Positions 38,072 to 52,000 of a stretch of DNA of 64,000 nt are shown piece after piece; the first letter of the stretch is position 1, and every line of letters starts with the position of its first letter. The translations under genes were made by a program, and so were the position numbers. Location of the stretch: positions 20,646,995-20,710,994 of the forward strand of contig OZ037765.1 of the NCBI GenBank assembly GCA_964035545.1, read 5' to 3'. Under the pieces are notes generated by a model. That model saw only the letters and a program-made list of their open reading frames with translations. It had not been told where the DNA came from and did not search any database. The DNA comes from Bugula neritina. Its lineage: Eukaryota; Animalia; Bryozoa.

Positions 38072-40063
38072 CAACATTACGGTTTGCTTTACTTATGTTC
38101 ACAGTCTAGTTGACTTTCTTAGGGTTAATTTGCTTCACTTCATGTATATTTTAATGGTGAGGGTAAGAGCAAGCCCAGATATCTCAGCATGCATTGTTTT
38201 GTCGCTTTCATCATGCTATTCACTCGGACAGAAAATTCTGGTCATCAGTAATCCAACAATAATATGTTGAGATAAACAGTCTAATTGGTAAAAGTTGCAA
38301 GGATAATGCACTTTTAAAACAGTTATCAAAATTAAAATGAATTATAATCAACTTATGAGGAGAAATCATTTTACTGTTCAGCAGCACTGTTTTGATTATG
38401 ATTTGTATTAGCAGACTGATTATTTTGTTAAATGACTTTTCCAAATGAACAGACTTTCTATTTTTTCCCCTTTTGTGAGTTTAAATTATCAAATTCAATA
38501 GAAATATGAATAATGGTCTTGCACATTGATGAAAGTTACTGGATGCTGGGTATGGTGTGTATGAAGTGCATTATATATTGTATACTATTAATATAGCTTA
38601 CACCATTACAGCATTGCATTTTAAATTGTGAAATTTGTATGTTAAGTGTTGTTCATATAGTTCATTATAAAGCCTTGAATGTAGCAAAGAGTATGCTTAG
38701 CTTAGGATCAACATCATTGGTCATATTTTCCTCCTTTTAAACTTTTTGTATAAATTCTGTTTATTTCTGTCTAATAAAATACACCTAGCAAATGTGATAC
38801 TGGTGTTCATCTGTTAGACTTGTAACATGCTGTTCAAAGTTTGGCATTGTGGGAAATATACTTTATGCTTAATTCTAGGAGTTATTTACCCTTTTTGAAA
38901 ACAAGTTTTCTTTAGGCAGTGCAACAATCTAGAATTTGTAGGAAAATGCAAGCGGTATTATTTCTATACACAGTCTAATCATTTATAGTTCTGGCAGTTG
39001 CATTTATTGAAATAGTTAGGGCTCGGTAGTAAAATTTTTGCAGAATGCTTTAAAATTAGACAAACTAAATGTTCCTATATTTGTAGAAAAATACTCCAAT
39101 TTTCATATCTTATTTAATTTTGAATAAATACTCGTAAAAAGTCTTAGCATTAAGCTTAATAAGTATTCTAAAATGATATAGATTTTCTTGTTTTGTTCAT
39201 AGACTGATTGTAAAGGCTCCATTACACATCTATTGATTGTTTCAGGATAATTGTAATAATAGTAATTTCCATAAATTATGTAAGCAAAAATTTCTACTTT
39301 AGAGTAGAAACTGTTCTAATGTTGAACATGCCATAAAACTAGTACAACTACAAAGTTGTTGTTAAGCTACACCAGCCCATGATAAACATGTACAACGTAC
39401 ACTCCAAATAAATTCATGATTCTACAGTTTTAGTAAAACTTGGCGTTATGTTGTTATATGTTGTTTTTTTGAAAAACAGTCACCTTAATAGTCACTGCTG
39501 ACTTCTACCAGAGCATGTAATATAAATTTTAATTAGTCTAGTTTTGCTGTAGATCTTGTATCAGCATTTATTAAAGGTCAACGTTCGTTCTATTTGAGGC
39601 TGTATTGACCTCTAACTGAATAGAATTGTTACAATACTGTGTTATAAATTGTAAGCTGTATAATGGATATGAGCTCATAACCCTCATGCATGACCTTACT
39701 AGTACATATAGATTTGCAAAAAGAGAGTTCATGTGCTGCATATGCAGCATATTGAGATATGTTTATCCCCAGTAATCGACTATTTAGCTAAAATATGAAT
39801 TAAACTTTTCAAACAATCACTTGCTATTGTAGATGTTGCGTAATCCTGGCCTACATTGTATTTTATCCAATAACATTCTAAGGAATACATATTCCAACCT
39901 TTTTGTTTTCAATACATGTTTTGTATGAACAAAGCTGACAATAAGGTAAGGAATAATCTTAATTGTTAAATCTAAAGCAAACGTAACATGAAGATTACTT
40001 ATTATTGATTATTGCTTTTGCTAATTCACTCTCATTGAAACATTGCTGCTGTGAAGTTTCAAC

Positions 40064-43000
40064 ATGGCTGCTCGGTGGTATCTAGTAGTGCTTGCACTAA
40101 CAGGTAAAGATACATTTTTTGAAACTAATTTTATTAATTTATGTCGTCAATACAGCTAATTTTTGGCTAACAGAATTTGTACTTAGTAAGCAATCATACT
40201 GTATTTATACATGTAGTTTTGCTTTGTTACAGTCGTTGCCTTCAGTGAATGCAGTCCTGGTGTCCCTCCTCACAAACAAGTTGATGTGAGTTATCAGTTA
40301 TGTTCTTTTTTTAGTAGCCATGACAACAATGTAGGAGAGGAATATTTGAGTATTGTAGTTATCATGACTAAGTGCAGGTGTATATCATGCCATTGATGAA
40401 CTTGTGTTTCTTTTTTTATTTATTTCATGTTTTATAAAGCGCAATTATTTTTTACAGAAGTTTATCAGAGTATTTCAAAATCAAACAAACCTGCCACAGC
40501 CTGTCAGTGAAATAATTTCGAAGTACCAAGAAGCATCGCATGCAGCACATAAGGACAATGTGTCTGCAAAGAAAAAGCTGAAATCTTTCAAATCTTCTGC
40601 TTCCTTGGCTAAACTCAAACAAGATCGTGTTTACAGTAAAAGCAAAATATCTGAAATGAGGAATGCTAATTTTAAAGCTCGTGAAGATGCTGCAAGAAAG
40701 TCTGTAAATAGTAAGCGTACAACTAGATATGAAGATAAGTTAACTAGAATCTCAGGCGGACGCAGTAAAGATAGTCATAATGCTCGTGCTCAGCATGAAA
40801 AGCCAACTGATCAAAGACGTATAAAGAAGGTAACAGAGTCTGAATTTGACAGATCTACTTTCCAAAGACAGTTCATCGAAAAAGGCGAGCAATTGAAAAG
40901 GCTGGATACTCCTAGCAAGTCTTCTGATATTGAAAAATCAATTGAAGATTTGATTGCGGAGGAAAGGGCGAAATTTTCAAAAACTATTGATCTTGCGACG
41001 AGAAAACTGCCTCAAAAATCAAAGTATGATGACACAAAGTTTGTTCCAGATCAGTTTAAAATTTTCGAAAAGCAGATGAAGTCAAAATCTGAATACAAAC
41101 CAAACACTAATCAGCATCCTTCTAACTCCAACAAAAAGAAATCCTTTGCTGGTGTACCAGAGTACATTGAAGACTTTGTGTATGCTGACTACAAGTCATT
41201 ATCTGAGAATAAGAAAAGTGTAAAGATAAGTACATATAATGAAGATCTTGAGTTTGAAGGCGAAAAGCAAATGCCCGTCAACTTCGTGCCAATAGGTGCT
41301 AGTGACAAAACCAAACAAAGCGTTAAAAATTTGCTTGAGGTAATGTACTAGTACTATTATAAATGTACTGCATAGTATTTTGTTCATCACAAATATTATT
41401 TGATGTAATTGCTACAAATTTCAGAAATCAGGATTTTGTATGCTTTTCGGAACAGATATAAATATAACCGTAGTTAAAGTAGACAATGAACTAGAAGTTA
41501 GATATTAAATATTTATTGTTCTCCTGGGGTATGCTGGGGTCTCACGGCTAAACGTTATGCATACACGTTAAACTACAAGTGATTTTTGCAAAATTGTATA
41601 CTTTTACAAACTAATTTGATTTTTAAAATTTTATTAAAAGGCATTTTCAGATTCTCTATGTATAGCATGCTGGGGCTAACAAATGAATTAACTAACTTTA
41701 AAATTAATAATGTACAGCTCTATGTATAGGCAGCCAGTTTTAATTTTTTGTGGGTGAATTAATTTGATACAACAGCTATGGGCATTTTTTGTTTCTATTT
41801 CCAGAACAATGCCGTGTACTATGACTCTAAAGCACAAGCCACTTTTCTTATCCCTAATGATGAAGGCAAGGAAGTTGTAAGTTATTATTGGCTCAAATAG
41901 ATTGTCCTCACTTTTTTCTCCTGGCTTCTCCATATATATATTTATGCACACAAGAACCTCTAATTTCTTTCACAGAAAGGACGGTTGAAGATGAACGGTA
42001 CAGATATCCATGTAAAAAGATCTGGTGTTCATAAAGACAAGCATATTGTAAAGAGGAGTTTGAGTAAAGATCGTGAAAGGATTCACATTAACTCTGGTAG
42101 TACTACATTTCCTCTTTATTGCAAAAATTTTCATCCAACACTGTAACTTCTTTAAAGTTTCGTAGCATTAGATTTGTAAAAGCAAAATGTTTTTCTAAAA
42201 CAGTTGGAAAGTCTAAAAGCAATTGATGGAGTTTTGATAATGTTGTGTGTTGAATTTGTAGCTTTCCAAGCTGTTAAAATGGATCAGCGTACTCGGAAAA
42301 AGAGAGAAACCTCTGATGCCGTTTCTGCTACCATTGAAGTGAAAATACTCAATGACTATTCTGTGTATGACTTCCATTACCAGGAGTCTGGAGGAGATGA
42401 AGAACTCGCACTAGCAGAAATATATTTGTACTTTTCTCACGTCATTAATCTGGTTGGTGTTCAAAGTCTGAAAATATGATTGCAATTTTAAATGTTGTAT
42501 GAAGGATTATTTTGGTAAAAATTGTTGCTAAATTTTTAAACTCTTCAATTAACAAATGTTGTCTTCTCAGGCATTGTCTGTGGGTTTGGGTCTGTAAAGT
42601 TTTTAACCAATATACAATGTAAAACATACGATATTATAGTGTGCTCTTCAAAAACTCTTGTTGCAATGAAATGGCATTATCAGTCGTTTGTCTTTCCTAT
42701 TGCCAAGTATTTCACAGAATTGGTGACTTGAAATTGAGAATCTGTAGGCAAACAAGCTTAAAAGAAAATTTATTATATTTTGTAGGTGAATGAGAGATAC
42801 AGCAACATAGATCATCCAAAATTAAAAATTCAAGTCTTATTAGTTGAAATTGAGCAACAAATGGTAAGCAATATTGCCCAATATACACAGTACTAATTAT
42901 GTTAATTTATTCATGTGTTTTCACAATCAATCATAATCTTTAAATAATTGAATGCACAATATGATTTTGTTTACATTGTTGAATTTGTTCCTTAGAGATT

Positions 43001-46000
43001 ATACTAAACAAATTTGTATTAGACTTAAATAGAAGCCAGTAACTATAGTTGCATAATATATACAAATATGTAAAAAATTTTCATAGCTTACCTTTTACTA
43101 CAGGCACTTAATAATATACTGGCCAACTATATCATGTGTGCAGTTTACATGCATACACTGTCAAAGATCTAATGACCAAAATCTTGTAGAATTTTGGCCA
43201 CAAACAAGTTTTGAATAACTATCTTGACATTTCTGTTAGTGTGCTGATGTACCATTAACTGCTAATGGTGTTTATGAAAGGGGGGGGGGGGTCTAAAAAG
43301 CTCATTATAATTATATATATATAAACAATAATTTTAACTCAAAATCTATTTGCTAAAGAAAATGTTTGAGAAAACTCTGCATACTCTTGGGGAAAATTTA
43401 ATATTCAAAACCTCATATTTTTGTCTTGTAGAATATGACATATGACAGTGTATTTTCGCCTAATTACAATGGTTACGGCTTAGACGGCAGTGGTGCGCTC
43501 TACAGTCTGGGCCTGGTTGCTTTTAATGACACCAGTCATTTTGATCATCTGATGGCATTCACCTAGTAAGTTGTTAGTTTGATTTTATGCAAGTAATTTA
43601 GGAGTACACCCCTGTTAGATAAAATTGATCAGTACTGAATTCACAGCAACGCTAATTACACAATAAAAACAATCAAGCATTTGAAAGGTGCAAACAATGC
43701 AATTGTTACAAGTTTGCTGTAATTACAGTATATTATAAATATTTTTATATGTAGGTAAAAAAGGTGTAAACAGTTGTTACAGCCGATTATTATTGTATTG
43801 ATGATTGCAGTGACAAACTTGTTGTGTACGACTCCTCAGACTCGCTTGGCACTACTTACTTAGCTGGGATTTGTCAACGGGAATTGGGATTGGCTGCATC
43901 GATTGTTCAGGCCAGGGAGTATGACTTGGAGAAGACAGCTATTGTTGCCGCTCGTGAACTGGGCCGCAAGTAAGATAATCTATAAATTTGTAATATACTC
44001 ATTAAACAGTATTATGGTGCTTAACAGTTATACACATGCTAATCATATGCACTATTCATCTTGTATTTTAGGCATGCAATCATTCGGTATTTTGTCATCT
44101 GCTTTTTGCTATGAGATGTGTAGGTAGATGCAGGAATGGAGAAATTGAAAAAAGCCTGTATTCTAGATTAGAAATGTAGCATATGAAGTTATGTTCTTGT
44201 GAGAATTTCAACTCGAGCCCCAAATTAAAAAATTAAAGAGCTTAGGCTATCTCAATTTCTCCACTACTGCTCCTAAATGGAAATGTGAACTGTGATGAGA
44301 TGTAAATCTCAATGAAGCAGGCATAATACTTTTCTAAACATTTTTAAAGGCTATCACATTTTGTAATAGAAGTAATAGAAAAGGTCTACAAATCTTATTG
44401 TACAATTTGTTTTTGTTTTAGTCTGGGTGCGAAGTATGATGAGAGTGACGAGTGTTCTGCTGATGCCGGGTATATTATGGCTCCATATTATTGGTTCCCT
44501 ACTGAGAATAGTTTCTATTTTTCATGCTGCAGCCAATACTATTTCTATCATACACTCACGTAAGTATAATATACAGTTGCTATGAAAAAAAAGGTCTGAT
44601 GAATTTTCACTCTTACTCACTTAAACTAATTATCTATGCCACTTATGTTGTCTTCAAATTAATATATGGAATTACACGCATTACAAAACAACTTTCCAAT
44701 TTTTAGTCAATTATGCATGTCTAAATGTAAAGGGTGAACTGATACAATGGTTGGCTGGCTACATGTAGTATATAACTGCCTAGCCATCCTGTTATGAGTC
44801 ACCAGAATGGTTGATGAGTAATCACATCTAAACTCGTACATTTGATTTGCTTTAAACCAGTAAACTAAGTTAAGTCATAAGTTACGTTTGTGCCTCTGAT
44901 GAAAAATTGCCAAGTTTTACTTAATTTCACACGTCCGACTACCCATTTATAGTTTTACTGAAAATTGTTGAAATCATATAAATGTGGAAGCTCACTTTCT
45001 AATGATGAAATCTGACTCGCCTAATCGCTATTTGATGCCCTTTAAAAATGTAGTGAATTAGTCAAGTTGACAGCATAATTGGCTACTGAGAAAACATAGG
45101 CCAATTTAATTATAAACATGAAGCTTTTTCTTGAATGGCCTAAACTTTATTCAACACTTTTTAAGTCCCTAAAGTCATAATTAAATACAGATGTCTACAA
45201 GGAGTTATTATTCCTTTTGAATCTTCTGAAATCTGCCGATTAAGTAACCACAGTACAAATTCGTTGAAATTTCAACTCAGACAAATTGTATTTCTGACTG
45301 AAAACCATTAGTTACTTTCACAATCAGTACTAAACTAAATGGCTTACATAAAAAAATTAGTTCTATTGGTTTATCTATGAAGGTGTAGCATACATAAATG
45401 TTATATGTTGTTGACTACTTGAGAAGGTAGAATCAATTTGTGTTCTTGAGCTCTTCAACATTATAACTCAGAGCTGTAAGTTTTAATATACTGTTTGAGA
45501 TAAATTTTTTTTACAGGGACGGCAGAAATTGCACCAACATAACTCTTTATGCAGATATAACAGATAACTACATAGATGAGTCTGCAGGGGAGGTGTATGA
45601 CCCAAACTCTCTGTGTGGAGTTGAATATGGCGGTCTACCGTGTCCACTATCCACTTATGCCAACTTTAGTCTAAATATCTGTGAAGAGCTACTATGTTTT
45701 GACACAAATGGTACATGCTTTCCCACGGGCATTATTCCACCTCAAGGTAGGTTAATGAAAATGTATCTAACTAACTGTGTATACTATATTATAAATTACG
45801 TATGCTTAAAAAGAATTACATGTATTATTGTATTTTTCAGGCACTATTTGTGGAGAAGATCAGCAATGCTTTGAACGGAAATGTCTTTATGCCAACCAAA
45901 CGAATATTCATAGTGGACCAACTAATTGCTCTTTTGAAGAGAGAGAGTGTGATTTTGGTGAATACAAATGCGATATTGGCAACCTAACGTAAGAAAATTA

Positions 46001-49000
46001 TTAAAAAATGAAATTTAAATTTGTACATGTGCATTTAATGAATATGAATGTGAAATTTGGGTTTTTTGTTAGTTTTTTTTTAATATTCAGTTTACTTTGC
46101 AATTAATTGTTATTTTATTTTGTTTTGCAGATACTCAAATTCAAGTTGCTATTCCCAGGATTATTGGTGTGATGGCCACGTGGACTGCACGGATGGTTCA
46201 GATGAATTCTACTGCCCGTGTCCAGCGTTCACATTCTCTTGTGTCACTGAGCCAACATTGTACAACCTTGACAATTGTCTCAATATCACACAAGTATGTG
46301 ATGGAAATTCTGATTGTGACAATAACTCAGACGAGGCTAATTGTACTAATAGTTGCTCCCACAGGTATGTTTATTACATATATTATCCATTTCCAAGTGC
46401 TGTTTTGTATATAAAGCTAACTTCCCTTTGATTGTAATCAAAGCTTAGAATACCTGGTACGTTTTAATATCTAATAACCGCTTAAAAAGATGTGTTCATG
46501 GAATATAATTTAATTAGGCACTTAATTATTTTAATGTTAGCTGTAACTACAAGTGCATTATAAGTTTAATGAATGTACTAATACTTAATTAAAATGGCTT
46601 AATATTACGAAACAATAAGCTTGCAAGTGGTAGTTTCTTAAGCATTAAAAATGCCTGATTTTGTTCAACAGACTGCTGGATCAATTTCAAAGGCCTTGTT
46701 TGCTTGTGAAAGTAATAATCAATACACCTTTTATGCAGCACAATATGTTAATTGCCTGCCAGACAATGCATGACGTATTACCTTGTGTGTATTCATAACT
46801 CTTACTAATTTGTTATGACAATCAGTACTCATCCTATACTTAACTTTACACCTAACATATAGCTGTGATGAATAACTCTAATATTTTGCTGTTTTATCTA
46901 CATATACTTTGACACTAATTGTGTTTGCTGCGTGCAGTTTGTTCTTCAACTTAATAAAATACCAAAATTCTGTACACTTGATAAAATATCATTGGATTAG
47001 TTGAAAAAAGTGTTTATGTGGGATTATAACATTCTTCAGATAATTTTAGTGGCCTGTTCTAAAATAATATATAAATTATATTGATTGTTATTATTGTCTT
47101 TTATGAACTTCATTGTTTTGTTCAACGCCTGTTCTGATATTTTTATGCAAATTTCAGGTGTGAAACTGGGCCAGTTACATACGACATGGGATATGGTTCA
47201 CCTAATTGCTATAGTAATTATTCAAGGTGTGATGGTTTTTTTGACTGCTTTGACCAAAGTGATGAGGCCAACTGCAGTAAGTAAAGCACGTAATACTTTT
47301 CATTTTTTTTTATAAAGTGTATATATGTTATGTGGATACAATTATATATAATGTAGTTGACATACAGCCTTTTAATGTCTATGATATATACAACTTTTTA
47401 ATATCACTGGAAAACTTGACCTTCACTAGATTTACTAGGATTTTAAAGTTTTTGAGTTCTAAAAACTTTATATTCTGTCAAGTAAACTGCATAGTTCCAA
47501 CTCTTTTGTAAATAAGTAAGATTGTATGCAGTTTTATTTTCTTGTTTTGAAAAACCATGATTTGATGACGGGTCATTCACCGTTAAGTTGCAGATACATG
47601 TCAAGATTTTCATTGGTACTGAGAGTGCTTGTCATCGGAAATTCCTGCAATGTCACTTAAAGTGTCACAGAAGCACTCTTAAACCTTGTTTTCTGGTGTC
47701 ATTGCTTATCACCATATTTTTTACTCGGCTAAATACTGTTCAGAGTTTATGAGAGCAATGAAAAATGAATTTCTACTATTTAAAAGAAAAAATTTTATAA
47801 GCATGTAATATTGATAGTCAGTACTTAATAAAAGTGTTGCTTAGACAAAATATAAAAATGAGGAATTGCTAAGTCAATAGCTAAATTTTTTAAGTCTAAT
47901 TTGAAAAAAAAAGCACTTGGTATATACATTCATTGTGCGTATGATAATATGGTATTTTCAGATTATCTTAATAATAAAAGTATGAATGTGAATTTTCTTG
48001 ATGTTTGTATGAACTTCGTTGTAGATTGCTCGGATTCTATTTCATGTTCATCTGTTAGTAATGCGTACGACATTCAAGTTGATGACGTATGTTTGCCCTA
48101 TTACATGTTGTGTGATGGTGATTTTGACTGCTTTAATGGCGAAGATGAATTAAATTGCACATGTGATGGGTAAGGTACTTCAAATTGTTGATTGGTAGAC
48201 ACTCTTTGTTTTTTCTATTTTATTAGTAAGTTTTGCCTGTACTAGTGGCTGTCATAAATTGCTAGTTTTATAAACTTTCTGTTTAACTGATGACTGGGTT
48301 AAAGAGGAAAAATTAGCCCCCCCTCTTTAATCATTAATGTTTTATTAAAGTGTGTAGTGACAGATAATTTGATGGTGGTTGTGTAACATGTTAGATGATT
48401 ATCATAACAATCCTATCTAGTAAAGAAGGTATAAGTTTGAGTGCATTTAATGTATAAATTTTAATAGTCCAAGTTCTTTGGCTTTTTTTGTTAGTTGTTG
48501 TGGAATGTGGATTAAAATTCTGATTATCACGTGACTTACTTTGCTGTATTCCTCATTTAAAACACAGGTTTTTTCCAAATCTCTCCATTAATGCACCTGC
48601 AAATAGTTTCTTTGCTCTTTTTAGTGCAGGGAGTAATTTGAGCTGCCATGTTTTTACCTGTTAGTATTTGCTGTGTGATTTTAGCTTTGAAGAATTCAAA
48701 TGTGGAAACAGCAGCAAATGCATTCAGCAGTACCAAGTGTGTGATAACAATTGGGATTGCCCATCATTCGAAGATGAATACATGTGTAACTGCAGTAATT
48801 TTGGGTCAGTTTATTATTATATTGCATTATGTTTAACTTATCGATTTGCTGATTATTGTTTTAAGTTTTATAAGACTCATTTATGCACATGTAGTAGCAA
48901 AGAACCCTGATAAATGGTACTTATTTATGATTGTTTAAAGGAATAATGTTTGCCTTAGAAAGCAGTCTCTATATGCTTGAATATTTTCAAAACCCTGAAT

Positions 49001-52000
49001 TTTATGAACCTGAAGTTGCAGCAGGTGATTGATTAAATTAACATTCCCGGATTGTATATCATGCATGGATTAGTGTTTATTATTTTAGCATTTACTTTTC
49101 TTTCAAGGTCAGGCTTCATGCGAATAGCATTTTAGCTGGACATAACACTTCATTATCAAAAGTGATTTGTGTATTCAAGCAATAAAACAAATATTTTCAT
49201 AGTATTAGAAATTGAATGCATCCTGCAAATCTGTTCAAGTTTCTGAGCAGAAACAAATGACATTCTTTGCCAGCAATCTAAGATGTTGTGTTTTTCTATG
49301 ACCTTAGTACGAAGAAAGCTATTGATAACATATTAGTTTGCACATTGTTAATTATTGCACTATTTACAGCATTATTGAATTTCATTGCTCTTGTGGAGTT
49401 ATGATTGAGTGTTTTGTGCATCTCTTTTTCAACATGTACCACCCAGTATACTGTAGCACAAGAAGCATTTTTAAAATTGTTTGCATTCAAGTTTTTATGC
49501 TTTTCTCAATTCCTAGGCTCATTTTGTGAAATTTTCTACAATTATTAATTTGTTGAAAAATTTCTGGCTGTTTCGTTTTAATGTATGAAATTGACATTCC
49601 CAAGCATCAAATAATTTATCATAGGCTTAATTTAATTTTTTTGCAGAATGAAAGTTTCGACTTTTTATTAGTTCATGGACTTGACTTATTATGTTTATTT
49701 TGTTGGTGAATGAACTATTTTTTTCTTTGTGGCTTAAAATGTTGAATGAGCAGTATTCCGTCACATGTTTATGCCCCATAGACTACCTCATCCTCTTGTT
49801 CATCACTATGTAATAATTGCAGGCAAGTAACCTGTCCCGGTGGCTATGGCTGTATATACCCTGAATATATTTGTGATGGCTACCCCATCTGTCCAGATGG
49901 GAGTGATGAGCAAGATTGCAATTGCTACTCCATGTACACCTGTCCACCAAACGTCACTCATTCCAGTTCTATTGACAATAATACTGCGGAATGTTTTGAG
50001 ATCTACCACCTTTGCGATGGTTGGTCAATCTGTTCTCAGGCTGACGAAGATAGTCTCTGCGACGAAGAATGTCCGGCTGACAGCTTTAGGCAAGTTTTGT
50101 GTTTTGATATTGTATCATTTAAAAAAAATTTGGTGGTCTAGAAATTAATGCAAATTTTCAAAACTATGTGTGAACATATTTTCAATATTCTTTGTATTTG
50201 GCTTGTAGTTTCTGACATTACTTTCTTAGTTCAATATTGGATAATCACTTGTAACTGGAGTCATAACTGTGCTAAATGTAATATTTTCCTCAATTATTTG
50301 ATGCCTCGACTTTTATTCGTGAACTTTAAAGGTCTGCTACCTAGAAACTGTATATAATTCAACAATTTAAAGTCTACTGAAAAAATTCTTGTAAAATATT
50401 TCTATTATATTGAATAGTTTCACTTTCTAACCTACTCTGTATCACACATGTTTTGTATTACTGTGCAGGTGTGTTAACAGCTCTTCTCTTTTCTTCAATG
50501 GAAATTTCTCTCAAAATCCACGTTGCCTGAACAGCTCTTATGTCTGTGATGGAAGTTATGACTGCCTTGATGGCAGTGATGAGGTGGATTGCCCCTGCAA
50601 GTTAGTCACAGAATTTATAGTTTATGCTTGTAGTATTACATTTTAGGTGGTTCATAAAACAAAGAAGGGTGTGCTGTGATCATTTCTGGCAGTTTATTTT
50701 TTTACAGAACTTCAACTGACATATTGCGAATAAATTGTTAATACAAGAATAAATTTTTTTGATAGAGATGCTGTTGCATGGTTTTTGCGAGATTCATGAA
50801 AGGGTTTCTGGGTGACACCCCAAGTTATTAAAAAATTGTACAATTTTATTTCTAACTCTTTTATAAATACAATAAACGTTATCGGCTCCAGCATCTCTAT
50901 TTGTCAAAAGCACTACCCAGTTTAGTCTAACTACTATCAATTCGCTATTGCAGCAGTGACTTGTAATGATTCATTTTAAAAAATTTGAATTATGTAGATT
51001 ATTTTGATCTAATTATATCTTAATATATATAACTTGCTACCTTCACTCAAACAGTTGTGAATGAAATGTTGATATACGAAATATTTCTGATAATTTAATT
51101 AATTAACAATTTATCAAATATGTATATTGCCATTGCCAAAACTAACCTAGTTACTAGTATTAGTTGTTTGAAATGAATAAGAAATTTTAAGTAATGCAAG
51201 TCCTTTGCAAAATGATGTCTACACTATGTCATGCTATTATATATACTTGTGTAGCATTGACTGGGGTGAAGTGAGCTGTAACAACACAGGCCAATGTATT
51301 CAAAACTACCAGCTGTGTGACTCAAATGATGACTGTGCTGACGGGGAGGACGAGGCAGAATGCCCGTGTCCATTTCAGTACGCTGACTGCCCTACTTACA
51401 ACTCCACATACAACAGATGTGTTCACTTTATCGATGTGTGTAGTGTTGATTATAACACCTGCATTGGTGGACCGGATGACGATATATGCAACAACTGTGA
51501 CGAGTATTTGTAAGTTTTCATAGAAATCCTATGAACTTTTAATGTTTTGTTGTTTGTTTAGTGGAATGAGCTGTTTTACCTATTTAGTGATCAGAAAGAT
51601 TAAAAATAAACGAAAGCAGCTGTCTTTTTGCTTGGTGATGTTACTTTTACTTAATGATATCGTTTGATTTTGATGTCCAGGGACTTTTTTATCTTGTAGC
51701 TGCAATGCAGGCAGAATCACCTCTCCCTTCTTGCCTTGCATATCAAATAGCTCTGTCTGTGATAATACCGTGGACTGTAGTGATTGGTCTGATGAACTAC
51801 ATTGCTCACTTAATGAAAGTAAGTTTGGGTGAAAATGGAGCACGTTTAATGCTACCTTTGTTTAATTCTGTCTTTCAATAATTATTTTATTACCACATCA
51901 GTTTAACAGTACATCTAACAGATATTTAGAGTTGTAGTTTACTGAAACTAACATCTGGTAACGTTGTTGTTGCAGTATTCTACTACAGTTTAATAGAATT

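Noticed and set aside
43953-43967. RNA editing restoring the His ligands
   Set aside because: It would need G-to-A and U-to-C changes. Known animal editing (A-to-I, C-to-U) goes in the opposite direction.
45002-45090. C/D box snoRNA (ATGATGA...CTGA)
   Set aside because: No terminal stem or identifiable rRNA complementarity, and such motifs are frequent by chance in AT-rich DNA.
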